55,999 nt of DNA from positions 1-55,999 of the forward strand of contig CAWGJO010000031.1 of the NCBI GenBank assembly GCA_963822945.1. The letters run 5' to 3'. The stretch is from an uncultured Gemmatimonadaceae bacterium. GTDB taxonomy: Bacteria > Gemmatimonadota > Gemmatimonadetes > Gemmatimonadales > Gemmatimonadaceae. Position numbers and translations under genes: made by a program. The notes under the pieces are model-generated. The model was not told the DNA's origin. It saw only the letters and a list, made by a program, of their open reading frames with translations, and made no database searches. Of the stretch, positions 22,222 through 30,578 are shown piece by piece. Positions within the stretch are counted from its first letter, which is position 1. Each line of letters starts with the position of its first letter.

Positions 22222-22352
22222 TCGGGAGGAGCATTCCGGCTCCCACGGGCAGAGGTCCGGCCCGCGTCATCGCGGGCACAACCTCTGGAAGCTGAGACGC
22301 ACCCGAAGCTGCCGCACAAACAACGTATGAAGATTTCGGGCCCCGCCCCTGG

Positions 22353-22586
22353 CTACTTCAGCCAGCCCTCCACCTTCGTCCGGCTCGGAACGCCGCCGGC
22401 GTGCACCACCTCGCCGTCGATCACCACGCCGGGCGTGGACATGACTCCGTATCCCATGATGTCCCGGATCTCCTCCACCTTCTCCAGCTCGATCTCGGCG
22501 CCGGTTTCCCTGGCGACGGTCTCGAGCAGACGGATCGTGTTCCGGCAATTCGGGCAGCCCGTCCCGAGCACTTTCACGTTCTTCAT
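22353..22586 (-). CDS. small redox-active disulfide (thioredoxin-like) protein
   Basis: KVLGTGCPNC..YGVMSTPGVVIDG. Confidence 0.88.
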   Translation of the reverse strand: MKNVKVLGTGCPNCRNTIRLLETVARETGAEIELEKVEEIRDIMGYGVMSTPGVVIDGEVVHAGGVPSRTKVEGWLK

Positions 22587-22606
22587 GACGATCTCCTCGG
22601 CGCCGC

Positions 22607-23662
22607 TCACAACACGGCGTTGAATACGTAGCCCACCAGCAGGATGCCGGCGGCGACCACCGCGACGAACGTCGCGATCAGTCGCACCTTCAGCACCTTG
22701 CGCAGGATCACCATCTCGGGAAACGACAGCGCGATCACGCTCATCATGAAGGCGAGCACGGTGCCCAGCGCGGCCCCCTTGCCGAGCAGTGCCTGCACGA
22801 TGGGAATCACACCCGCGGCGTTCGTGTACATCGGAACGCCGGCGAGCACTGCGGCCGGCACGGCCCACCACGTGTTCCGCCCCATGATCGACGCCATGAA
22901 CGTCTCGGGCACGTAGCCATGGATGGCGGCGCCGATGGCGATGCCGGCCAGGATGTACGGCCACACGCGTCCGACGATCTCGCGCACGGCGGCGAATCCC
23001 GCCTCGATGCGCGCCGCCGCATCCAGGCGGTCGTGTCCGGCGGCCGCCTGCACGCGCGGCATGTCGCGCACCCAGTCCTCGAGCGACGACTCCATATGGA
23101 GCCGTCCGATCACCCATCCCGCCACGATGGCGATGGACAGGCCGAGCCCGAGATAGAGCAGCGCGATCTTCCATCCGAACAGGGCGAACAGGAGCGCGAG
23201 CGCCACCTCGTTGACCATCGGCGCGGAGATCAGGAAGGAGAAGGTGACGCCGAGCGGCACGCCAGCCTGCACGAAGCCGATGAAGAGCGGTACTGCGGAG
23301 CACGAACAGAACGGCGTCACGATGCCGAGTCCAGCCGCCATGACGTTGGCGACACCTTCGGCGCGCCCCGCGAGCAGGGCGCGCGTGCGTTCCGGGGTGA
23401 AGTACGAGTTCACCATCCCCATCGCGAAGACGACACCGGTGAGGAGAAGCAGGACCTTCGGTGTGTCGAAGAAGAAGAACTGGAGCGCGCCGCCCAGGTG
23501 GCTCGTGGGGTCCACCGGCAGGGCGGCCACCAGGGCCCCCGAGGTCGGCTCCAGCGCCAGGTAGAGCGCCAGCCAGGCGAACGCCGCGGCGCTGAGGAAG
23601 ACCCGAGGATGTGCACCGGGCCAATCGGCGCGCCGGAGCGTTACATCGTCGGGGTGCAGCAT
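22607..23662 (-). CDS. ArsP/DUF318 family permease
   Basis: TPFCSCSAVP, FLISAPMVNE and GVPMY. Confidence 0.88.
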   Translation of the reverse strand: MLHPDDVTLRRADWPGAHPRVFLSAAAFAWLALYLALEPTSGALVAALPVDPTSHLGGALQFFFFDTPKVLLLLTGVVFAMGMVNSYFTPERTRALLAGRAEGVANVMAAGLGIVTPFCSCSAVPLFIGFVQAGVPLGVTFSFLISAPMVNEVALALLFALFGWKIALLYLGLGLSIAIVAGWVIGRLHMESSLEDWVRDMPRVQAAAGHDRLDAAARIEAGFAAVREIVGRVWPYILAGIAIGAAIHGYVPETFMASIMGRNTWWAVPAAVLAGVPMYTNAAGVIPIVQALLGKGAALGTVLAFMMSVIALSFPEMVILRKVLKVRLIATFVAVVAAGILLVGYVFNAVL

Positions 23663-23991
23663 GCCTTCTCCGCCATCCACCGGGTGTAGCGCGCCTCGAC
23701 GTCGGCGACGATCAGGTCGTTGAGCAGCGTGCGGGCGGTGTCGAGCACCAGTTGCTGCTCGGGCCCGGGGCGATGGGTGATCCGGTATCGCATCCACAAG
23801 CCGTCGCGGCGCCCTTCGACGAGTCCGGTGGCCTGGAGGTAGCGCAGGTGTCGGGAGGCCTTGGACTGCGTCACGGCGAGAATCGCTTCCACGTCACAGA
23901 CGCAGAGTTCGTCGTGCCGGAAGAGCAGGGCGAGAATCTCGAGACGCGTGTCTTCGGAGAGCGCTTTGAAAGTCTGGCTGAGCAGTCGCAT
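23641..23991 (-). CDS. arsR: ArsR/SmtB metalloregulator
   Basis: FKALSEDTRLEIL, ELCVCD box, SRHLRYL and a C-terminal CC. Confidence 0.88.
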   Translation of the reverse strand: MRLLSQTFKALSEDTRLEILALLFRHDELCVCDVEAILAVTQSKASRHLRYLQATGLVEGRRDGLWMRYRITHRPGPEQQLVLDTARTLLNDLIVADVEARYTRWMAEKACCTPTM

Positions 23992-24016
23992 GGTCGGGTT
24001 CCTCTGTTGGGAGGAG

Positions 24017-24038
24017 TAAACCCGTTTACGCGGGTATA
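24017..24038. promoter_or_regulatory. probable ArsR operator
   Basis: Imperfect inverted repeat TAAACCCG-TTTACG-CGGGTATA just upstream of arsR. Confidence 0.55.
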
Positions 24039-24097
24039 CGGGATCGGCAGGTTCCCGACGTGTTGTCGGCGGTTGCCCGACGGCAACGGGTGGTTTG

Positions 24098-24235
24098 CGG
24101 ATGTGCTGGCCGGTAGCGAGGGGGATGGGAATGAGGTTCGGTTGGCAGACGTCCCAAGCTTGCTGCCCGTGGAACGTGAAGTTCGCGCGGGAAGTGCGGA
24201 AGCAGCGATTCGAGACGAGGCCTGTGATCGACCGT
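24098..24235 (+). repeat. att-like site 1 (core CA 24155) with a short queG 3' copy
   Basis: GGCAGACGTCC-CA-AGCTTGCTGCC, then QACCPWNVKFAREVRKQRFETRPVI; the left arm is diverged but colinear with the other copies. Confidence 0.85.
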
Positions 24236-24352
24236 CGGCCGCCGGACCGACATGTGGCGAAACAGTGCCGCGCCACCGCGCGCGTGGATCCAGCCTGAGG
24301 AACGCTCGGAAGGCCCCGGGCCGCGTGGACCGGGCCCGCGGCTACCCTCCGA

Positions 24353-25297
24353 TCATGTCCCGCCGTGCTCCCGATACCAGTCCCGCCAGATGACGCGGTA
24401 CACCTTGAGCGCACGCGGCAACCGGTTCAACCCCGGGATCAGGGGCAGGAACAGGAGGAGAACGAAGAACAGCCCCATGAGGGCGCCGGCCAGGGCGTCG
24501 GCGTTCGGTGAGTTTCCGATCACCGGCACCTGATAGAGAAACGTGTATGGCCAGAGCCACCAGGCACCGGGGTAGTTTCCCGTCTCGTGACTGATCCCCC
24601 ACTGCCCGCCCTGCATGTCCAGCGCGCCGGCGACCTGCGATTCGACATCTCCCTGCAGGAACAGCAGCGCCTTGGTGTTGTCCAGCGCATACGGCTGCCT
24701 CGAGCCCGCGTCCAGCGCGCCCTCCATGAAACCGGCACGGGCCACGTCGAGCATCCCGTTCATCAGCACGGGCACGGGTCCGTAGTCGCCGGCCGGAAGC
24801 TGGACCGATTGGTCAACGACGTGGTCGCTGTCCAGCGCTGCGCTGTAGCTCTTGATCCACGAGGCGCGCACGCTGTCGGCGGCGGTTTGAAACTGGCCCA
24901 GCGCGTTCTTCACCGTCGGGCGTATCACCGCGAGCTCGGCCAGCGGCTTCAGCACGAAATCCTGTCGCGCATCGATCGGAATGGCCACGCCGAGAACGTT
25001 CGCCGGCGCGATGCCGAACAGGCGCTGGGCGTTCTCGGGGTTCTTCGTGTACGGCGGTCCGTACGTCTGGAGATCGCTGGTCCCCGCGAGATACTCCGTG
25101 ACCAGCTTCAGGTACGCGACGGGTTGATTCCGTGCCGCGTTCTGCGCGGTGAGCGGCGGGTAGTCCGGCGAACCGCAAACGGCGGCCAGCAGCACGATCA
25201 CCACGGCCACCACCGCGAGCACGACGAGCCCTTCGCGCAACAGGTCGTAGGGCTTCGTCGGAACGCCGCTGAGGTTCGCCTCCGATCTGGCGCTCAT
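24353..25297 (-). CDS. membrane protein partner of the cytochrome b gene
   Basis: From MSARSEAN..PYDLLREG; terminal TM helices and ETGNYPGAWWLWPY; coupled to the upstream cytochrome b gene. Confidence 0.7.
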   Translation of the reverse strand: MSARSEANLSGVPTKPYDLLREGLVVLAVVAVVIVLLAAVCGSPDYPPLTAQNAARNQPVAYLKLVTEYLAGTSDLQTYGPPYTKNPENAQRLFGIAPANVLGVAIPIDARQDFVLKPLAELAVIRPTVKNALGQFQTAADSVRASWIKSYSAALDSDHVVDQSVQLPAGDYGPVPVLMNGMLDVARAGFMEGALDAGSRQPYALDNTKALLFLQGDVESQVAGALDMQGGQWGISHETGNYPGAWWLWPYTFLYQVPVIGNSPNADALAGALMGLFFVLLLFLPLIPGLNRLPRALKVYRVIWRDWYREHGGT

Positions 25298-25896
25298 GAG
25301 TCCCGTTCCTCCGACCCGATCGGACGGACCGGGCCTTCGTGCCGGACGATCAGCAGATGGATGACGACGAGGCAGACCACGAACAGCGGCAACACGGCGA
25401 CGTGCAGCGTGAGCATCTGTCCCGTGTTCATCGTATTCACGATCGGGCCGACGCCCAGCGCGTTCATCGCGTCCTTCGCCTGGCCCGAGATCCACTGCGA
25501 ATCCCAGTTGGCCTGCAGGATGAACCCGGTCAGTCCTGAGAACACGGCGAGGCCCAGCGTGATCATACCGACCGCCCACGTCGGCCATCGCCCCCCGCGC
25601 CACGCGGCCATGAAGAACTTGCCGACCATGTGGAGCAGAATGCCGAGGAAGAATGTCTGCGCACTCCAGAAATGGAGCGAGTTGACGAAGTGGCCGACGC
25701 GTGACACGTGCCACCACTCCGGCCCGAAGATGGCGATGATCACCCCGGTGGTAATGAGCATGCCAAGCGCCGCCAGCGTCAGCGCCCCAAAGAGATAGAC
25801 CACCGAGTTCACGTACGTCGGCATCCGCGTCGGCAGCGCGTCTTCCATGCTCAGGGATCGCCCGATCCATTCCTGAGCGCGTCGGGTCACGTTCAT
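25294..25896 (-). CDS. cytochrome b/b6 N-terminal domain protein
   Basis: NSLHFWSAQ..LLHM, W..G, TGFILQ and LTLHVAVLP..IH heme ligands. Confidence 0.85.
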   Translation of the reverse strand: MNVTRRAQEWIGRSLSMEDALPTRMPTYVNSVVYLFGALTLAALGMLITTGVIIAIFGPEWWHVSRVGHFVNSLHFWSAQTFFLGILLHMVGKFFMAAWRGGRWPTWAVGMITLGLAVFSGLTGFILQANWDSQWISGQAKDAMNALGVGPIVNTMNTGQMLTLHVAVLPLFVVCLVVIHLLIVRHEGPVRPIGSEERDS

Positions 25897-26078
25897 GGCG
25901 TGTCCTCTTCGCGGTCGCTGCCGCCGTGCGGGCCGAACGAGGGCAGACGAAGCCATGCCGACACCACGAATGCCACAACGAGCACGGTCCAGGCGATGAT
26001 GTTCGGGATGGCCAGATTGAAGATCCCGAATACGACATGCGGAACGGCCGGCAAGCTCTGCGTAGTCAGAGGTTCCAT
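25893..26078 (-). CDS. small membrane protein
   Basis: 61 aa with one TM helix; overlaps the cytochrome b start (ATGA). Confidence 0.6.
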   Translation of the reverse strand: MEPLTTQSLPAVPHVVFGIFNLAIPNIIAWTVLVVAFVVSAWLRLPSFGPHGGSDREEDTP

Positions 26079-26229
26079 GAAGAGGCTCCTTACCCCATCG
26101 CCCGACGCGAGCGATACACATGGCGTACCGGAAACGTAGCCGAAAGGTCCGAACGGCAAGGACCGATGTCGCAGCCGACACGAATCTCCGAGCGGGTCCG
26201 CAGCCCGCTGCCGCTGGCTCCATTCACTC

Positions 26230-26300
26230 GAGAGTGCTCGCCCTGTTTCTTAATGGAATCTCAATATCGGTTTGTCGGCACACCTCCCAAGCTTGCTGTC
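26230..26300 (+). repeat. att-like site 2 (core CA 26288)
   Basis: AATGGAATCTCAATATCGGTTTGTCGGCACACCTCC-CA-AGCTTGCTGTCC. Confidence 0.9.
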
Positions 26301-26515
26301 CCTGGAACGTGAAGTTTGCGCGGGAGGTGAAGGAGCCGAGGTTCGAGGCGCGGGCGGTGATCGGGGAGAAGGACGCGAGCACGCTGGCGACCGATATCCT
26401 CGCCATGAGCGAAGATGAATTCCGCGCTGCGTTCAAAGGCTCGGCGATGAAGCGGGCGAAGCTGGCGGGCCTCAGTCGGAATGCGGCGGCTTTGCTCTGT
26501 ATTCGCGAACCATAA
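26288..26515 (+). pseudogene. queG: displaced full-length queG 3' end
   Basis: QACCPWNVKFAREVKEPRFEARAVIG..ILAMSEDEFRAAFKGSAMKRAKLAGLSRNA aligns to queG 17705-17947. Confidence 0.92.
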
Positions 26516-26701
26516 TTGCGTGGCCGCGTGGCCGCCACTAACGGCCGCACCTCTCGCACGTACCACAACATGCACCTCACGAAGAGCCGGGCACGCCGAA
26601 CAGTGTCCGGCTAGCCAGTCAACGAGGATTTGCTATATACTCATCGCGGTCCCTTGATTCGCCCTGCATGCCTCCCATACCCCGTGGGTCTCCCTCCGCC
26701 G

Positions 26702-28357
26702 ATGAAGAGTCGAAAACCGACCACGGCCCCCGCGCTCCTGCATGCGATCAGTCCTGCCGAGCGCTTGAAGACCATTCTGGCATTCAAGAACTCGTCACGG
26801 TTCGTGAAGGAACTGGGCCGCCTGACGATGCCGGGGAAGGTGCCCCTTCCCGAACAGCCGCCGCTGATCCGTGGGATCAACGCCCTGATCAACCTCCAGA
26901 TCAACGTTCGCATTCACGGCATCGAGCGCTTCTTGTTCGAGGACACGGGCGAAGTCGCACAGGAAATGACGGGGTTTCTCCGAGAGATTGGAGCGAGCAG
27001 TTCGGCCGAGTACCTCCAATCCGCGATCGCTCTCTTCCCGAGGGGACGCGTGCCGAAAGAGAAGCGGCTCCGGTGGACGCAGATGGCTGCGATAGAAGAT
27101 CGGCGAGATGGCCCATCCGATTTCACCCTCCTCGACCGCCGGTACCGACGCACCCTCACGCGTGAGCTGTACCCCGCCCTGCATCGGCATCTCAGGAAGC
27201 ACCGAAACGAGTTGGAGCGGGAGTTGGACGCCAAAGCGGGCGTTGTTCGGCAGCGCCTCGATGTCAGCTCGGTATTGGAAGAAACAGACTCCATCGCGTT
27301 CTTCGACCGCGTCGCCCGGTCGGTGGAGCCGGACCACTCGAATGCGTTCGAGAAGCAATCGCGAGTAGGCCAGATGCTGACAGCCATGGGCGGATTCTAC
27401 GTCTACGCCGGCGCCAACGGGATGTCGGGATTCCTCGCCGGTGGACTGGGGAGCGTGGCGGTGCCCGCGCTCACCATCTGGACGAAGGCGCTCGGCGCGA
27501 AGTCGGCATACGGGTATCTCGCCGGCGTGCAGGCGATGGTGCCGGGCGGGAAGATCCCCAAGGGCCGGGCGCTCGACCGATGGATTGGCAGGCTGGAGGA
27601 GGAGGCACGGGAGAGAGGGCCGTCGCGCACACGCCATCAGCGGTCCGACAGGCTGACGCAACTCGATCGCAAGTACTCGCGCGCAACCGACGAGTTCGTG
27701 GACCGACTCCGCACCTTCGTGCGGAAGAACGCCGACGATCTGCCCGCGGCCCTCGAGCGCCTCGCCGAGTCTGCGAAGCCGATCCCGTTCAGTCGCGTCC
27801 AACGATCCCCACGTCGGAACGCCGCAAAGCAGACACCGTCGCCTCTTGACCGCGGACGGAAGATCGAGCGCCTGGCGGCGGAGCGCGGGCATCGACCTCT
27901 CGACAGCACCGTGGATCCCCGCATGGCCAACTTCATGAAGGAGATCCTCGCGCTGTCCACGAGCGACTGGGTCGCCATCGCCGGTCGATACCACGCGGCC
28001 ACCCCGCCGATTCGCCGAGCGTACGAGATCCTTGCGAGGCTCGAAATGGAGATGATGACGGGACGCGTGATTCCCCGCGGTAAGGTCGGCCTGATCGACC
28101 GTACCGCAGCGCGCCTTCGTGACCGAACGTGGAAGCGGTTGCAGTCGAAGATCCCCCCGGATCCATTTCCCGGCGGCGGCGTGCAGAATCTCTGCGACCT
28201 GTCGATCGACGCCGCGACCGGAGCGTGGCGGGCGCTGCGGTACTACGACTGGCTGATCGTGGAACCGCGGGGCCTGAGTGCTGCGCGAGCGTTCTTCGCC
28301 CCCTTTGCCGGGTTCATCGACTTTCCGCCGGAGCTTGCCAAGGAGAGGCGCAGGTGA
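26702..28357 (+). CDS. hypothetical protein with two DUF4375/DMP19-like repeats
   Basis: HGIERFLFEDTGE..LREIGA and NGMSGFLAGGLG..KALGA, each followed by FP/VPGGxxP and LDRxY; recognised by eye only. Confidence 0.55.
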   Translation: MKSRKPTTAPALLHAISPAERLKTILAFKNSSRFVKELGRLTMPGKVPLPEQPPLIRGINALINLQINVRIHGIERFLFEDTGEVAQEMTGFLREIGASSSAEYLQSAIALFPRGRVPKEKRLRWTQMAAIEDRRDGPSDFTLLDRRYRRTLTRELYPALHRHLRKHRNELERELDAKAGVVRQRLDVSSVLEETDSIAFFDRVARSVEPDHSNAFEKQSRVGQMLTAMGGFYVYAGANGMSGFLAGGLGSVAVPALTIWTKALGAKSAYGYLAGVQAMVPGGKIPKGRALDRWIGRLEEEARERGPSRTRHQRSDRLTQLDRKYSRATDEFVDRLRTFVRKNADDLPAALERLAESAKPIPFSRVQRSPRRNAAKQTPSPLDRGRKIERLAAERGHRPLDSTVDPRMANFMKEILALSTSDWVAIAGRYHAATPPIRRAYEILARLEMEMMTGRVIPRGKVGLIDRTAARLRDRTWKRLQSKIPPDPFPGGGVQNLCDLSIDAATGAWRALRYYDWLIVEPRGLSAARAFFAPFAGFIDFPPELAKERRR

Positions 28358-29151
28358 CGCCCGTCGGTCCGTCTCGCCCCTCCGCCGCCGACGCCGCGAG
28401 CCGTGCGGCCGTCCTCGTACGCGTCGCCGTCCATGCCCTCGTGCAGCCGCCACGCGCGGCGTTGGCCCAATTGCTGGCCGGAAAGTCGGACGCCGAACTC
28501 GCCAGATTCACCAACATGGCCGACGCGAAGCGGGAGGAGTTCTGGTCGGGGCTCGGGCCGCTCCGCGACTTGTTGTCTCCGTGGGAGGTTGAGTTTTCGA
28601 AAGCATCGCTCGTGACCATGACCGCCGACCAGCAGTTGACGGGCATGTGGCGGGCCGAGGCGTTCCAGGCGCTGGCGTGGGCACTCGGCACCATCGACGC
28701 GTTGCCGCCGTATGGCGAGCAGGCGGGGCGCGACATACTGCAGGGATTCGCACCAGAGGGGCTTCGGACATACATCGAAGGCGCCGCGCTGCGCGCCGCC
28801 GCGGAGATCGATCGCGCTCGAACGATCGCCGAGATGTGGCACTGGCGGTCGCGCACCCGCGAGTTGCTCGAGATGAACCGTCCGTTCCCCGATGCGCCAC
28901 AGATGCGCAAGGCCGGTCTTGCTTCGTGGGACGATGTCGTCAGGTTCTCGGCGCGCCGCTCTGCCGAAGAAGGGCTGATCCCGACAGCCATCGATGACGA
29001 CTTTCCCGTCTTCGGAAAGGCGTATCGCGATCTGACCGCGGAGGAGTGGTCGCCCGTTCGATCGATGACAGTCGAACGACATTTCGCGCTCAATTGGCTG
29101 TGCGGTTACGCCCCCGGCAATCGCTGGGACGAAACGCCCACGGAAACGTAG
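28354..29151 (+). CDS. DUF4272 domain protein
   Basis: WRAEAFQALAWALG, WHWR and ERHFALNWL..WDE. Confidence 0.75.
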   Translation: MTPVGPSRPSAADAASRAAVLVRVAVHALVQPPRAALAQLLAGKSDAELARFTNMADAKREEFWSGLGPLRDLLSPWEVEFSKASLVTMTADQQLTGMWRAEAFQALAWALGTIDALPPYGEQAGRDILQGFAPEGLRTYIEGAALRAAAEIDRARTIAEMWHWRSRTRELLEMNRPFPDAPQMRKAGLASWDDVVRFSARRSAEEGLIPTAIDDDFPVFGKAYRDLTAEEWSPVRSMTVERHFALNWLCGYAPGNRWDETPTET

Positions 29152-29437
29152 CGATGCCAAAGAGGGCCAGCCCATGACATCGAGCCGCGAAGGGCGGGTC
29201 TTCCTCCGCGCCTGGAAGCGCACGCCGGACGGTTTCGACGTTTGGATATAGCGGCGTCCCTCTATCCGCGCGTCGGCCGCAACGTTCGAGAGGGCGGATG
29301 AACTGCTCACGAGCGCCATCACCCTGGCCACCGGGGATCGTTAGAACGAGCGTGAGTACGATCCTCCGCGTCCCGATGCGGCTGCGGACAATTGCCCTCG
29401 AGGTTGCGTCCGGTCACCACACGCCGAACTCGTCAGT

Positions 29438-29930
29438 CTACTTCTCCGACGCGACCATCCGGAACGGCCGATCTACATACAGCGTGAACCCGCGCCCCCG
29501 CCGCGTCACTCCGGCGGAGTCCAAGGCGTAATCGCCCACTGCCGTTACGACCCGATCTGCTGGCCGATATACCGCCTTCGACGTGGATACGCGGATGTTG
29601 TGGTTCACAAGGACGACGTTGCCGGAAAGATCGACCTCACGACCAGGCATGCTCACCAGGACGCTGTCCGCGGTGAACAACACAGCCGTCGCCTGACCGG
29701 TATCCACCGCGATGGTGACGCCGAAGTACTTGAGCACCGTCTGATCCGCAAACGTACTCGCCGAGTCGCTCGTAAGCGTTGCCCGGCGGATACCCGTACC
29801 GCCGGTCAGAATCGAGGTGGTCCTGTAGAGCACCTGTTCGGCGGACCGGTGATCATTCCCCATCCGGGCGCTCGTTGGGTCGGTCACGGCGCATGAGGCA
29901 AGAGGGACAACGACAATGGCCACTCGTACC
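29438..29930 (-). CDS. LptC-like beta-jellyroll lipoprotein (start uncertain)
   Basis: LASC lipobox, AEQVLY, RATLTSDSA, GNVVLV and GRGF. Confidence 0.5.
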
Positions 29931-30170
29931 CAGCGTCGCACGCTGCACGCTGCGCGGGACAATTTCACCAGGAAGTGTTCGCGAACCGTCGACAGGATCG
30001 CGACGACACGGCATTCGGGCATCAGGAAGCGTCCTCACTCTGACGTATGCGCATACTGCACGAATCGGCGGCGCTTTGGCATCTGCCGTTGCCGTACACC
30101 CGAGCGTTGCACACGTGCCCGGGGCACCGGCTGACGGGGGCGGTGGCTCCAGGCGCCCAAACGCTGGCTC

Positions 30171-30225
30171 TTGACGATATGGTAGTTCATCGACCATAGT
30201 GTGGTAGACCATCTACCACACTATG
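30171..30225 (+). promoter_or_regulatory. padR promoter with a perfect 14-bp inverted repeat
   Basis: TTGACG at 30171; CATAGTGTGGTAGA-CCA-TCTACCACACTATG at 30195-30225. Confidence 0.7.
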
Positions 30226-30575
30226 CCACCTCGCCCTCCACCCGCCCCGACCTCCTGCCCGGCACGCTCGACATGCTCGTCCTGAAGACGTTGCTCTTCG
30301 GACCGCGCCACGGGCACGGCATCGCCAAGTCAATCCAGCAGACGACCGAGGGAATCCTCACCGTCGAGCACGGGTCGCTGTACCCCGCCCTGCACCGCCT
30401 CGAGCGCGACGGCCTGATCAGCGCGAAATGGGAGGTACCGGCCGGTAAGAACCGCGAGTACAAGTGCTATCGTCTCACGGCCGCCGGGCGGAAGCACCTC
30501 GTTCACCAGGAAAGCAAGTGGGCAGAAGTCGTCCGGGCGATCGGTCGCGTGTTGAAACCGGCCGCCGAGGGGTAA
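30201..30575 (+). CDS. PadR family regulator (acidobacterial type); true start probably ATG 30223 with a 1-nt indel
   Basis: LLPGTLDMLVLK, HGHGI, GSLYPALHRLE and YRLTAAGR. Confidence 0.9.
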   Translation: MVDHLPHYATSPSTRPDLLPGTLDMLVLKTLLFGPRHGHGIAKSIQQTTEGILTVEHGSLYPALHRLERDGLISAKWEVPAGKNREYKCYRLTAAGRKHLVHQESKWAEVVRAIGRVLKPAAEG

Positions 30576-30578
30576 GGA

